DNA of 64,000 bases from Octopus sinensis. Its lineage: Eukaryota. The stretch covers positions 100,192,001 to 100,256,000 of the forward strand of contig NC_042998.1 of NCBI RefSeq assembly GCF_006345805.1, read 5' to 3'. Below are positions 40,874 to 54,689 of the stretch, piece by piece; within the stretch, counting starts at the first letter, position 1, and each line of letters opens with the position of its first letter. Both the position numbers and the translations under genes were made by a program. The notes below the pieces were generated by a model. It had not been told where the DNA came from. It ran no database searches and saw nothing but the letters and a program-made list of their open reading frames with translations.

Positions 40874-40987
40874 AATGTAGGAAGATGAAACTAAATGCTG
40901 AAAAGCATTTTCTGCTTGGTCTTACTCAGAACAAATGATAATTATCCTTCGTAGAAATATTTTGAGAAGTTATTTCTGAACAGGATA

Positions 40988-41205
40988 TCATCATCATTAT
41001 TTAACATCCATGTTCCATGCTAGCATGGGTTGGACAGCTTGACAGGAACTGGTAAGGCCAGGGACTGCACCAGGTTCTATAGTCTGTTTTGGCTTGGCTT
41101 CTATGGCTAGATGCTTTCCTAATGTCAGTTGCTCCACTGAGTGTACTCAGTGTTTCTTATGTGGCACCATCACCAGTGCTTTTAAGTGGCACCAGCACCT
41201 ATATC
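40988..41205 (-). mobile_element. Family B copy, reverse
   Basis: tcatcatcattatttaacatcc...ccatgctagcatgggttggacag... Confidence 0.65.
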
Positions 41206-42786
41206 AATCATTTTATGCAGCACCTTGGTTTTAGGATCTCAATTGTGTTACAGTGGGCAGGTCTTTTAAAAGCAATTTTCTATGAAAAAAAATAGCTTTT
41301 TATGAATACCACATGTAAAGGGCCAATACAGAAAAAAAATGATTTCTAACATAGAGGATATGTGAGTTGAAATGTTTGCAAAGGGAACAGTCATTTATAT
41401 CAACCAAGAAAGGGTGAAAGGCAAAGTAAAATGTAGAATTAGAACTCTGAATGTAAATAGATGTAACTAAATACTACAAAGTATTTTGTTTGTTGATCTT
41501 TGCAACACACACAATTCAGTAAATGGATTTCCCTAGAATGAGACACAGAGAAAGCTGTAAGGATGCAATTAATACTTGCAGACTAAACTGATGAAATTTA
41601 CTAATGAGCTGATGTAGCTGAAATACAACAAACCACAGGATACATTTCTATCACATGATTGACAGCTACTATTCATTTGCAATTCAATAAATAAATGACA
41701 TTCTTCAATACAGTGACATATATACAGGATGTTCTTCAGACTTTCATGTGCTCACACACAGTTCAATTAGTATTTGACAAAGGATTACAAAGATAAAGCA
41801 AGTGATAAACATAATATTGTAGTATACAGATAATAAAGTGTTCTGTGAAACACCTGAATGGATAAAAATTGATTGTTTTATAATGAAACAGATATTTTCA
41901 ATGAAATACATTGACTTTTGCTATGATATAGAAACTAACACATCAACATGAGAAAACAATATTAGCACTGTGTATATATGCCTATAAAAAGACTTCTCAG
42001 TGTTTGTAACCTTACTTTCATCATCATCATTTTCTGAATATAAACATGTGGTTGTTATTGTTTCACTCATCCCTCATTAAACAAAACAGTAATACAAGTG
42101 TGACCAATCAAACTAAACATACCATGTATAGAAGAATTTGGTATTTTAATTAGCTTTCTAAACCCCTCATTTCTGCAAAGTTATTACATTTTTGCTAATG
42201 AGAGCCTTGCAACTAGCTAATCAGAATCAATCTGTTTTACATGGCTAAAGATATCTGCAGTTACTTTTATACATATTTTTAGAAACAAATTTAATGAATA
42301 CATTAGCAGGTGTAATAACTGAGCAATTACATTGCCACTAATTAATGACTCAAAATATATGGGTCTATACTTCATTGCATAAAAACATTACATGAAGTAT
42401 AGTACGTTATTTGGGAACCAGAGTTTACAAGTTAAGAATTATAAGTGAAATCAAAATTATTCATAGACGCAAATAACTTGTAGAACCATCTAACCAATAA
42501 AGGCATAAAGAACAAAAGCAAGAAATATTAAAATGCTAGAAGGGGATAATTGAAAGTAACATTAAAGGAGGTTGTTGTTTAATCTTGGGTCAGCCCTAAC
42601 TAAGCAAACCTATAATGGAAATGTTCCAATTGTGACTATCCTATTCTTCTCTCAGATGTATTGAATCGAAAATTACATTATTCAATGCATCCTTTTTTGA
42701 GTTATAGTAATCCCTTGACTATCATGGGTGCTACATTCCAAAACACCCTGCAATAGATGGAAATTAGCAAAGTAGAAACAGTACTC

Positions 42787-42997
42787 TTTTACTTGTTTCA
42801 GTCATTTGACTGTGGCCATGCTGGAGCACCACCTTTAGTCGAGTAAATCGACCCCAGGACTTATTCTTTGTAAGCCTAGTACTTACTCTATCAGTCTCTT
42901 TTGCCAAACTGCTAAGTTACGGGGATGTAAACACACTAGCATCGGTTGTCAAGCGATGCTGGTGGGGACAAACACAGACACGCAAACATATACACAC

Positions 42998-43034
<37 letters not shown>

Positions 43035-43165
43035 CGACGGGCTTCCTTCAGTTTCCGTCTACCAAATCCACTCACAAGGCTTTGATCAGCCTGAGGCTAT
43101 AGTAGAAGACACTTACCCAAGGTGCCATGCAAGCTACTTGGTAAGCCAGCTACTTACCACACAGC
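42787..43165 (+). mobile_element. Composite SINE-like repeat (family A here) with internal CA/TA tract
   Basis: cttttacttgtttcagtcatttgactgtggccatgctggagcacc...ctaccaaatccactcacaaggctt...cttaccacacagc; near-identical to 52499-52888. Confidence 0.75.
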
Positions 43166-44457
43166 AACTCCTGAGTCTTTTTTAAAAATTATTTTTATAA
43201 TTTGTAAATATTTATTTCATTATAAATGCAAAACAACACCATGGAGGAATTGATGTAAGCTTAAATATTAATCCGCAATAGGTGAACTACGATATGGCAA
43301 GGGATCACTGTGGAATGCAACTGAGGGAAATTTGGCTGCTATTTCTAACAGGTCAAGAAGCCATGCAGTGTTAGCCGTGTTAACTCATTAAAAGAAAGGT
43401 TTGGTACTTGTGTACTCTCATTTCTAAACTAGTAGACACCTCTTCTCTCTTTAATCCTGGCAATATTACAATATTCCATTGCTATGTGCACTGGTGTTGT
43501 TGTCAGCAGGCTTGGTGGCAGGGTGGGGTGGATGCAAGAAGAGAACAATAGGCAAATGTAACAGAATGAATAAATACAGGTTTTCCCACAAAGAAGGAAA
43601 AATACTTCAATGCCATAAGTGTTGACAGGGTGAAAAACAGTATTGCAATCCAAGCGATGAAGGATGACTATGTAGGAGCTGAGTTTGGCAAGTTAAAATA
43701 CCCAAAATATTGTGATTTAAAAAAAGAAATGTTATGAATTACAAAGAAAACAACAACAAAAATGTTTTCATAATATGCAAGGACCATAGTATAATTATCT
43801 ATTGTCAACCGTTAGATGTCACTTGTAGTGAGCTAATACTGTCAAGCTTCTCTTGGATTTTTTTAATCTTCTAAAATATCAACATAGACAGTCACTGTGT
43901 TTTTCCATTAGATACATAATTGTTTTAATGATTTATGTATTTTACACTGGAAATCATTCTCCAGGATAGCTGAGCCATCAAGAGTCCTTAGATAGTTATT
44001 TAACCTGCTTGGATTAGCATTGAAATCTCTCTATAATCATACCCTACCGTCTTGAGAAAGAGAAAACAAGCTGGATAATGTAATTCTAGATAGCTTTAAA
44101 AGACAAAAAAAAAAGAGAGAGAGAAAATAAGGATGGTTCTGATCAATCATCTTGTTCTTGTTTAGCCCTGACCTGAGGCTAAACAACAACACCAATTTTG
44201 AGATAACCAAGGAAGCTTCAACATAGTTGCTTGATTTGTTAAAAATATTAAAATCTCCCTCAAATGAGGGACACTTTGGATAATGTAGTTGCTGGGAAAC
44301 AAAATGGGGTCATTAAAGGACTGACTTACGGCTAAGCAACAATAATAATAGTAGATGCTAATAGATAGGGCTCAATAAGTGCTATAAATAATACAAAAAT
44401 ATTGTTAGAAAATAGATAAGCATTTAGGTGCATGAATTACTGTGGTGTTAATAATTT

Positions 44458-44700
44458 AGAAGACCTGTCAAGCCAATTGAAACCATAGTCATGGCTGATG
44501 CTAGTGTCACGTAACTGGCACCCATACCAGTAGCATGTTAAAAGCACCTATTACACTCTTGGAGTGGTTGGTGTTAGGAAGGGTATCCAGCTGGAGAAAC
44601 CATGCCAAATCAGATTGGAACCTGGTGCAGCCCTCCAGTTTACTAGTTTCAACTAAACCGTCTAACCCATGCCAGCATGGAAAGCAGATGCTAAATGATG
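44458..44700 (+). mobile_element. Family B copy
   Basis: ggagtggttggtgttaggaagggtatccagc...ccatgccagcatggaaagcagatgctaaatgatg. Confidence 0.7.
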
Positions 44701-44899
44701 AGAGTGCTAAGTGGGTATGGAAAAATGCAAAAGGCCTAGAAGAGACTGCTCAGAAGACCTCTAAGATGATGAGAAACAAAATAGTTAAACAAGTCAGGCC
44801 CAAATGGAAGAGAAGAGGAAGATCAAGGGAAGAATTACTTTTCTAAATGTTTTAAGTAAATTTTTGATCAATTAATTGAGTTTATAAATGAGAATGATG

Positions 44900-45250
44900 A
44901 ATACCAGATTACAATCAATCTTAAAATTTATATGCATATAATATGAAAAGTGAAACAGGAACTACTATGAAGAAGAAAGAACGGCGACTGTTTATGATAC
45001 AAAGGGTGAAGGAAAGACCCGTTTGTTGTGGGAACATATATGAAGTGAGATAATCTGGGAACAGAATGGAGTAAACCATGTGACTGTAGAATACCAAAAG
45101 CAAAAGTTCCACTGGGTGAGATATGTTTCCAAGGTCAAAGACAAGTAAATCCATGCAGTTATCAACATGGTCAAACAATCCAGGCCCAAATAGAAGAAAA
45201 GATCACTATCAAGGGATGAATGGAAGTGCATGATGAACAATGATGTCTAA
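44900..45250 (+). mobile_element. Highly decayed RTE-type LINE remnant (post-RT region)
   Basis: Interrupted frames resemble the RTE KKxERRL..IxNxxIR.xGV..KxxWxGHV..RW region. Confidence 0.35.
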
Positions 45251-46696
45251 GGACATCTCATAATTTGGTTAAGAAAAAAAATAAAAAGAAAAAGAGAGAC
45301 TTATAAAAGTAGTAGGATTATCTTGATATATTGTAAAAAATAGTAGGATTATCTTTATATATTAAAAGATATGATAGAATGATATTGTGTGGAGGTGTCA
45401 TGAAATGTGGTGTTGATTCACCATTGTAGCTACATCATTAATAATCTTGGGAAAAGCAAGAATATAACTCCTATTTCATTTACCATTGGTAAGAGGGGTA
45501 TGTTGTTTAGAAACTGAATCTCTTATCTAGTTTCAATTCCTAAGTAGAAAAACTTCTGTTAATGCCCCAATGATTTCTTGGAAAAGCATGATTCATAGAA
45601 CTTTCCATTTTAATTTCTTGTGACTAAAGCGGTGTATTTAGTAATTAAAAACAACAACAAAAATTTCCAACACAATATTTATCATCACTAAATCCCAAAT
45701 CTCTGAAATTGGTACTAGTGAGGTTAATTTCTTTCAATTAAGCACAAGGGTATTTAGGCTGAACAAGGAAGGCATATTTAACAAAATCAACCACAGCTGA
45801 TTACTGGTACTTACTATTTTATTGACTACATTTCCACACGGGCAATGAAAGTCCATGTTGATGTCAACCGGATTTAAATTAAATGTTGAGAAGAGAAGTG
45901 GCAGAGAGCTAAATAGCACAAAAGATTTTGTTTGCCACTCTTCTGTTTCAACAATCTCATCGCCTGCCCTCACGGAGCCAGTAATGTAACGACATATGTA
46001 CTGAACATGATCTATTAGAGTGTTTGAAGTAGTAACAAAATGTTTCAAGTTGGATTTATTAGTTCCACTTCTAAATTTAAGTGTTAAGCTTCTTTCAAAT
46101 TAGTTGTAAAAAAACATAATGTAAATAAATAAATAAATAGAAAAGTGTGGCCTAATTATTTCTCCCGTATGAGAAATAGGAGTAATTGATGCATTGTTCA
46201 CATTCTGGAAAACTACAACTTCCTTTATCTATCGCTCTGTTGAAACAGTAATCTCCAGTAATGTAAAGCAAAGTATCTGAATGTCAGTCAGTAAGCAGTC
46301 ATTTGTTGCATTCATTAAAAGTCAATATTTTCAGTGAAATACTCTTTGTTTTAATGTTTGCCATTGTATATGAACAGTGAATTATTTACACAGCAGTTAG
46401 CAGCAGATGACTTTTACATTTCCGATGTTCTCCTATGAAAGTTCTTTTCGACTGACTGATACTTTAAACCAAATTAGAACACTGGGTTTTATTTAATTTA
46501 CAGAAACATGGCCCATATTTATGATGTACAAAAAATAAAAACAATATTTATAGATGGACAGATATCTGTGCATATGTGTAATGCTGTGTCTGTGTATCTA
46601 AAGACAGGATGAACTTAAAAGCTCTCACAAACCACAAGAAGGGTGTTGCTATTCTGAGAATATAAGATTGAAGTCAAAAGCCACTGTATGTATGCA

Positions 46697-46717
46697 TGTG
46701 TGTGTGTGTGTGTGTGT

Positions 46718-46774
<57 letters not shown>

Positions 46775-46775
46775 A
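46697..46775. repeat. (GT)n(ATGT)n microsatellite
   Basis: Read directly from the sequence. Confidence 0.95.
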
Positions 46776-47939
46776 TCAACATCCTTCATTTTTTTCATGC
46801 TTGCAGATCAGACGGAGCTTATCTGAAGTAGATTTTCTATGGTGGGATGCCCTTTCTGTTCCCAAACCTCACCAGTTTCCAAGCTATATAATATTTCCCT
46901 ATAGCCAGACATGTTATCACAGAATATAGAAAATGAATGACACTGCTTGTATGTCCATGACATTCATAACTATCATGTTATGTTGAGACACAGAGACATA
47001 AACTTAAATGTGCATGTGTGCATGCTCACACACACACATTTCTGTATATGACAGGAATTTTTCTATGATTAAAGGCATAACTATCATTTTTTTTTGTTTG
47101 TTTGTTTCTATTCAAACGGTATATTTAACATTACATCCAATTTTTCCTTCTCTATATGAAGACTGTACAATATGATTTAAGGGAAATTTGGATGCTATTT
47201 TTAGTAGATCAATCAGAGGTCTTCCCATTGGCTTATAAAGAGGGAACAGTTACACTATATAGAGAGTTATGTACTTCTCTACCTACTATCGTTCCTGTCA
47301 TAATACAAGTTTTTCTTTTTTTTTTCAAGATATTCTTTTGACTTTCAGTAAAGTGCCTGCCAAGCGTTTCATAGCATCCTTAACTAATATCTTTAGATGT
47401 CTGCAGTCATTCTTCATCTCAGTCAAAACTAACCACTCACAAACTCCCTATTTTATTAGATCAACAATATATCTATCAAACTTCATCCAAAATAACAAGG
47501 TCACTGTTTCCTTTGTAAGGACCCTGTATTCAGAAAATTCTTATCTCTGCATGTTATCCTCATTATGACAGAGGTGGTAAAATTTCAAAGAAAACATTAT
47601 CATTAAACAAACTTGACCTTCCCTAAATTCTTCATGCCTCTTTGCTCAAGAAATCTTCAAAGGTTTCACAGTTAGTGAAAGAATTAGAAAGAGAAAGAGC
47701 ATAACAAAAACGTAAGAGATATATTAAGAAATCTACAATAATATTTTGGTGATATACACAAATTTTGACCATTACAGTTCATTCTGTATGTTATATAGCT
47801 GTTAAACATTGTGTAATATTGTATACAACATTTATGACAAATCCCATTCAAAATAAATGAAAAATAATTGTTTAAAATTAGAATTACTTATGTTAGATAA
47901 TTCTCTCTCCTTTTTAACATCCATGAACTTCAATTCAAC

Positions 47940-48780
47940 CTAGACCTGACACATTACTACTTACTAACTCATCAACCACATATCTTATTCTTCATTGAAT
48001 TAAAATCTCCCAACCTTTACCTACTTTATGATATATCTTTGCTGTCCAGGTAAGGCTGTATTTAAATTTCAAATTAAAAGATGTAAAAGTGCAGATTCCA
48101 TCCACCTGTCTTACTTAGACTTCCAGTTACTCTAGCACAAAGTCTCTCTTTCCTACTCCAAATGTATCTGCTTCTTCTTCCACTTTGCAGACTCCTCCAG
48201 CCATTAACAAATCTTCAACAGTATCTCTGCCTGCATTGAAGACATCTATCTCCCTGACACTCTCCGCACAGGCTCCAATACTCAAAACTCTTTTTGGCTC
48301 CCATAGTCATCCTATCTTGATGTTGCTAGTATAGAATTCAAATCTTTCAAAATCCTCAATTTTCAACACCAACTAATTTCAACTCCTACATGCATCCAAG
48401 ATCAATGTACAAATATTTCAGACACTACTGATCTATTCACCTCCAACCCCAATCTCCACTAAACAATTACTAGTTCAGCATCTATACTAATTCTATGCTA
48501 ACTCTTCCAAACAGCATATATGCTGCACCCCTAAACCACTAAAAACAACCAGGTAGTTGACTGGAACAATCCTCTTCAGCACTTACTCTCCATATCCCAC
48601 ACAACCAAAACTCACAATCCCAAGTCCTCTAAGTGGTTAAACCCATCAAGTCTGGAAATAACCACATCACTCAGTCTTTCTTTCCCAGAATATTAGCCCT
48701 CTGAAATCCACTCTCTGCATATGTTTCCTAAAACTATTCAAGAAGAATATTAACTACATCCATTTCACTTGTCTCATAAG
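47940..48780 (+). mobile_element. Highly decayed LINE AP-endonuclease remnant
   Basis: C-rich interrupted frames resembling PHILF.., ..QLISTPT.., ..DLFTSNP.. of the APE domain. Confidence 0.3.
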
Positions 48781-49229
48781 GCTTGCAAAGATCATGAGCA
48801 CAGATACCTCTTCCAAGCCAAAGAATAAAATCTACTTTCATTGATTTTTAAAAAAATTATGTATTATTCAAATCAAATTTTAAAAAGAATGTTTACAATT
48901 AAATATAAATTATGATCATAAAGAAAAAGAAACAAAATTTCCCTAAATTGTAAAATCAATAGATTTTATTTTTGTTAAAAATGTCATGATTGCCTCCGAG
49001 CTAACATATGGCACAAAGATTGTAAATCAAATACAATGTGTAATTATGAGATCTTGGTTTTCAAACAAATCCTTATAGACTTTATTCTGAGATTTTTGAA
49101 AGGCTTAGAGCAATAAAACGTGTAATCCCTACAATAAGCCTTTTGATGCAAAACTACTCCAAACTACCCTTAGTCTTCCGTTATATCAAACTACTCTGAA
49201 GACCGCCTGCAATTAAAGTGTTCATGCTC

Positions 49230-49420
49230 AACGCTTTAGCATTCAGATTATTCTGTCAAATATAATTCTTATTTATTCACATTGTTTTGAATTTAACCAT
49301 GCATTATCTTATAGTATTGAGATTTTGATCATGTGATTGTTTATTTATAGTATAACGGTGTAAGCTAAGTGTGAGAGGCAGGATCTGACAAGTTTAGATG
49401 CCAACAGATTAAATTACAAA
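49230..49420 (-). mobile_element. piggyBac-like MITE copy, degenerate, reverse orientation
   Basis: ctttagcattcagattattctgtcaaa... is the reverse complement of the family 3' end. Confidence 0.55.
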
Positions 49421-49454
49421 CATTCCAACATGATTAATATTTTTTTATTCTTTT

Positions 49455-49878
49455 ATTCTTTTACTTGTTTCAGTCATTTGACTACGACCATGCAGGAACA
49501 CCACCTTTAGTCAAAGAAATCAACCCCAGGACTTATTCTTTGTAAGCCTGGTACTTATTCTATTGGTCTCTTTTGCCAAACTGCTAAGTTACAGGGATGT
49601 AAACATGCCAACACCTGTTGTCAAGTGATGGTGGGGTGACACACACAGACACAAATATACACATATATGTGTATGTATGTGTGTGTGTATATATATATAC
49701 ATACACACACACACACACACACACACAATGGGTTTCTTCCAGTTTCCATCTACCAAATCCACTTGCAAGGTTTTGGTTGGCTTGAGGCTATCGTAGAAGA
49801 CACTCGCCCAAGGTGCCACACTGTGGGACTGATCCCAGAACCATGTGGTTGGAAGCAAACTTCTTACCACACAGCCAT
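49455..49878 (+). mobile_element. Family A repeat copy
   Basis: cttttacttgtttcagtcatttgac...ccaaatccacttgcaagg...cttaccacacagccatgc. Confidence 0.75.
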
Positions 49879-50364
49879 GCCTGCGCCTATAATGTAAGAT
49901 TTTAAAGGGTAAAAGTCCCAATCCCAAATACAAGCTTGATATACAAATATATCAAAAGGAATATTACAACCTTGATTTGGAAAATTAATATGAACACAAG
50001 TAGTGTATTCTTTATTAGAAACGTAGCCGTGAAAGAATGGTTCACTATTGCATAGAAGAACTCTTACAGGTTGTGAAATCAACAAGAATAAGTGAGATGG
50101 AGTGGGGAGACAAAGAATGAGAAAGTGTAATGTTAAAACTGTTTATATATATATATGTGTGTGTATATATAAAATAATTGGCACGGGCATGGTTGTGTGG
50201 TTAGGAAACTTGCTTCCTAGCTACATGGCACTTTGGGCAAGTGTCTTCTGCTATAGCCCCGGGCCAACCGAAGCTTTGTGATTGAATTTGGTAGGCAGAA
50301 GTTACTGCTGTGTGTGTATATGTTTGTGTAGGTGCTTGTGCCTCTCTGAGAGAGAGAGAGAGAG

Positions 50365-50399
<35 letters not shown>

Positions 50400-50404
<5 letters not shown>

Positions 50405-51112
50405 ATAATTTTTACAAGGCTGTGAACTTAGGAAGGACATCATACCAAAGCAAACAAAATCTGGCAGAACTCTCTGGCTCATCTGTTCTTGTCAAACTGA
50501 CCAACACATACCCGTATGGAAAAGAGGATGTTAAATGATGATGGTGATATATATGTATATATCTATACAATGAGCAAAAAGAAGAGCATCTCGCTGTAAA
50601 ATAACACCTCAATACTATATTAGTCTAACCCATACTAGGAAGGAAAAACATTTCAGACAAAAGTGATAAACCTATTTTTATTTTGTTCAAGAAAATCCCG
50701 CTCAATATCTTAAAATATAACAATTGTAGGTAAACAAATTATTGCATATGTGTTGTTGAACAGAACATGTTTGTTTTCTGAATTAAATTGTCAGTCTAGA
50801 TTCAGTTCTAGTTGGATCCACTTAATCTATATAGCCTTAATATTGTTATTCATAACACAGTTAATTCCACATTTTCATTTGGTAAATCATAATGTTTATG
50901 TGTGTGTGTCCAAACCATGCCAGCATGGATCATACACATTAACTGGTTTTATATATACATTATATACATTTATAATATAGATATATACTATATATTTTTT
51001 TATGTCATGTTATATATAAGAACAATTTAGCATTAAATTAAAGGACTACTCAATTTTTATAAGGAAAAAGTTGACAGCTTTGAAAAATTATCTATCTATC
51101 TATATCTATCTA

Positions 51113-51155
<43 letters not shown>

Positions 51156-51862
51156 ATAATTTTTACAAGGCTGTGAACTTAGGAAGGACATCATACCAAA
51201 GCAAACAAAATCTGGCAGAACTCTCTGGCTCATCTGTTCTTGTCAAACTGACCAACACATACCCGTATGGAAAAGAGGATGTTAAATGATGATGGTGATA
51301 TATATGTATATATCTATACAATGAGCAAAAAGAAGAGCATCTCGCTGTAAAATAACACCTCAATACTATATTAGTCTAACCCATACTAGGAAGGAAAAAC
51401 ATTTCAGACAAAAGTGATAAACCTATTTTTATTTTGTTCAAGAAAATCCCGCTCAATATCTTAAAATATAACAATTGTAGGTAAACAAATTATTGCATAT
51501 GTGTTGTTGAACAGAACATGTTTGTTTTCTGAATTAAATTGTCAGTCTAGATTCAGTTCTAGTTGGATCCACTTAATCTATATAGCCTTAATATTGTTAT
51601 TCATAACACAGTTAATTCCACATTTTCATTTGGTAAATCATAATGTTTATGTGTGTGTGTCCAAACCATGCCAGCATGGATCATACACATTAACTGGTTT
51701 TATATATACATTATATACATTTATAATATAGATATATACTATATATTTTTTTATGTCATGTTATATATAAGAACAATTTAGCATTAAATTAAAGGACTAC
51801 TCAATTTTTATAAGGAAAAGTTGACAGCTTTGAAAAATTATCTATCTATCTATATCTATCTA

Positions 51863-51892
<30 letters not shown>
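50400..51892. repeat. 751-bp direct tandem duplication bounded by (TA)n tracts
   Basis: 50400-51150 repeats at 51151 onward. The ORF track shows identical peptides offset by 751 (50412/51163 and 50750/51501). Confidence 0.96.
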
Positions 51893-51910
<18 letters not shown>

Positions 51911-52085
51911 AATATACATATTTATATATACAAACACCCTAACATACACACAATAAAGTTCAGCTTAAAATTATGCTTTCCACTATTATTACTTAAATAA
52001 CAAAATGGCTACACATATAATGTAACACATGAACAAGACAGTATACAAATATTTTGAAATTTTCAGAGAAATCCAGGATTCTTAC

Positions 52086-52236
52086 CGTCATACCGGGAAG
52101 TCGAGAAGAGGCTGGGCAGACTATGAGAGCTGGTACTGCGACTTAAATCCGATGCACCAGATCCTGACAGAGATGTTGAGCTCTGTGACAGTTCAGCCAC
52201 AATCTCACTCATGCTGCGAGCAGTTTGAAGATAAGA
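52086..52236 (-). CDS. FRMD4A: FRMD4-like exon, post-FERM Ser-rich linker: SYLQTARSMSEIVAELSQSSTSLSGSGASDLSRSTSSHSLPSLFSTSRYD
   Basis: 151 nt; acceptor ttttaatctag|, donor g|gtaaga; phase 0 to 1. ARSMSEI matches FRMD4A ARSLSEI. Confidence 0.93.
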
Positions 52237-52498
52237 CTAGATTAAAAAAAAAAAGGAAACATTCAATGACAAAATTACTTCCCTAATCAACAACTTAATA
52301 AGTAGACCAATTAACATCACTGTTACATTGACATAATTAGGAAGTGCTACTCGTCAACGGCTGTTAGAGAAGTATTACGTCAGTGTTGTGTTTTCCCCGA
52401 AATTTGATTCAGGATGTCATTCATAATTGTATTACATTATGACTTCATTAGTATATTTATATCATTATTCTAATCCATCTTTATTAAATAACACTCTT

Positions 52499-52696
52499 TT
52501 ACTTGCTTCAGTCATTTGACTGTGGCCATGCTGGAGCACCGCCTTTAGTCGAGCAAATTAACCCCCAGGACTTATTCTTTGTAAGCCTAGTACTTATTCT
52601 ATCGGTCTCTTTGCCAAACTGCTAAGTTACGGGGACATAAACACACCAGCATCAGTTGTCAAGCGATGCTGGGGGGACAAACACAGACACACAAAC

Positions 52697-52729
<33 letters not shown>

Positions 52730-52888
52730 CATATATATACGACAGGCTTCTTTCAGTTTCTGTCAACCAAATCCACTCACAAGGCTTTGGTTGGCCCGAG
52801 GCTAAAGTAGAAGACACTTGCCGAAGATGCCATGCAGTGGGACTGAACCCAGAACCATGTGGTTAGTAAGCAAGCTACTTACCACACA
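52499..52888 (+). mobile_element. Family A repeat copy
   Basis: Same motif order as 42787-43165 and 49455-49878. Confidence 0.75.
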
Positions 52889-54245
52889 TCCACGGAGTAG
52901 CAAAAATATTAGAGTGACAGGATTTCATGCCCCTATGCTCTCTCTGAATTCGAATTGTTCAAGAGACACATGCATTTTATCCTCAAATTCCCCTGACAGG
53001 GTAAAATGGCTATTTAGCATGGGGATTCTTCATTGATACTTATTGTTGTGCAATTTATTTTATCATTATGTAAGAGAATAGAGCTAACTTTTTTTCACAA
53101 AGTTAATTTTTTTTTTTTAATTATTTAAATCTTGGATTAAAACTGCACAAGAGTCAACTTTTTTATGGAGATTATAAAATAATTACAAGAAATATACTGG
53201 AGTTAATTAATTAAATTCCTCGTTTATATATGTAGCCTTGAGAACTGTTACAAGTCAGTATTATTATTAAAAATAATTTCCTTTTCAAATTTAAGCACAA
53301 GTAAATGACAATTTAACTAGTATGTGATATAAAATAAAAATAAATGAATGGACAACTAATCTAATCAACAGGATGTTGATAAGTTGACACAATCACAAAT
53401 AAGTAGCTAACCTACAGAAACAGTGTTTTGGCCATTTTGGAAGTTTGGGGATGAACACATCTGGCAAGACCTGATAGATAAGATGTGATAAAAATAGAAT
53501 TCCAGGTTTGATTCGAAAAACCTGGTGTAAAATGTTTATCTCTGTTAGCATTAAGATTTGGCATAAAATTGGAAATAATGTAATGAATCAATTTCATTTA
53601 ATCCAATTTATTTTTTCTTTATGTCACAACGTAGTAGTAGAAGTAATATACAGCAATAAACAAACTGAAATTCCAGTGAGAGGAATGACAAATAAATAAT
53701 AGAAATGACAGTAATTATATAGCTAATAATTATATAACCTTTCCCCTGGAATATAGACTATCTATATAAATTACAGTTTCCTGAAGGCAGCTAATAACAT
53801 TTTAAATCTACTTTACTTCCCTAATGCTTTGTATATTTTACATGTATTTCTTGTTCTTAAAAAGAATTCTAGTGAAATTCACAAGTTTGGTTTTTACATC
53901 AATTTCTTGTTGATTTCATATTTTTTAAATTCTAGCTTTCACAGGTTGCTGGTTGCTGCAATACCACTCATAACACATCACTTGATTATGGCTTTATACA
54001 TCACTTCATATGTTATCTAGACTTCATGGTCTACCAACTGAATATTGAATTTGAACTAGTTATGTTGAAGCAAGTAAAGTTAGACTCTTTTACAGTATAA
54101 TGTAATGAAATGAAAGCCTGATACCATATCTATTTAGATTTTTCTAACTTCACTTTTAGTAATTAGTTCATCCTTAGTAAAAATAAATAAAGTCTACATT
54201 TGACTGTATATATAAACAAGTGCAATACAAATGATTTAAGCTTAC

Positions 54246-54387
54246 TTTATTGTCTCTTCGATCTAAGCAAAACCGATGTTGATCTACAGCCATTGACCAA
54301 ATGCATTTCGTTAGATGGGGTGAGCTTGAAAACCATGCATGGACATTAACATTTCCAGGGCCAAACGTCCGTCGGCTGACTGAAACT
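54246..54387 (-). CDS. FRMD4A: FRMD4-like exon, end of FERM-C lobe: (R)VSVSRRTFGPGNVNVHAWFSSSPHLTKCIWSMAVDQHRFCLDRRDNK
   Basis: 142 nt; acceptor ttttcatag|, donor |gtaagc; phase 2 to 0. Aligns with FRMD4A RASVTRRTFGHSGIAVHTWYACPALIKSIWAMAISQHQFYLDRKQSK. Confidence 0.95.
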
Positions 54388-54689
54388 CTATGAAAAAGAG
54401 AAAGGAAATGAAAATACTTAATATGTACAGTTGTATTTATTAATTCATTTGAGTCTGAGACTTCACTACATTGCTAAGTTGACAATTTCTTTGATGTTCC
54501 TCAAGTTACAATCAATAACATGAAATAAATAATGACATATACATTCAAAACCTTAGCTTTGGAAATGTGCATGTTTATAAGGAAGATATTTTCTTTTTCT
54601 TTCAACCAATTATATTAAAGACACAACTGTGTTCGAATTTAATCCTTTTGTTAGTAATTATTGTTCCTTATGTTTAGTTAGTAACAATA

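Larger units (their letters stand above)
3097..54387 (-). other. FRMD4A: Partial gene span, FRMD4A/FRMD4B-like (FERM-C end plus CUPID/DUF3338); both ends outside the window
   Basis: Six exons with canonical AG/GT sites and matching phases give one frame: ..VSVSRRTFGPGNVNVHAW..ARSMSEIVAE..KEMYQALKDRRDALIETL..PGEQPPTIRRRVRTAF..LELEYELQSKITSAANKLAHDPSVSKQVRKQRKQSY..LKEMEKKLNE. This is collinear with the human FRMD4A sequence as I recall it. Confidence 0.92.

Noticed and set aside
45734-46048. ORF containing GSVRAGDEIVE, superficially like a PDZ GDxI motif
   Set aside because: No GLGF-like or flanking PDZ pattern and no suitable donor site; likely chance.
52029-52286. 85-aa plus-strand ORF
   Set aside because: Antisense shadow of the FRMD4 exon at 52086-52236.
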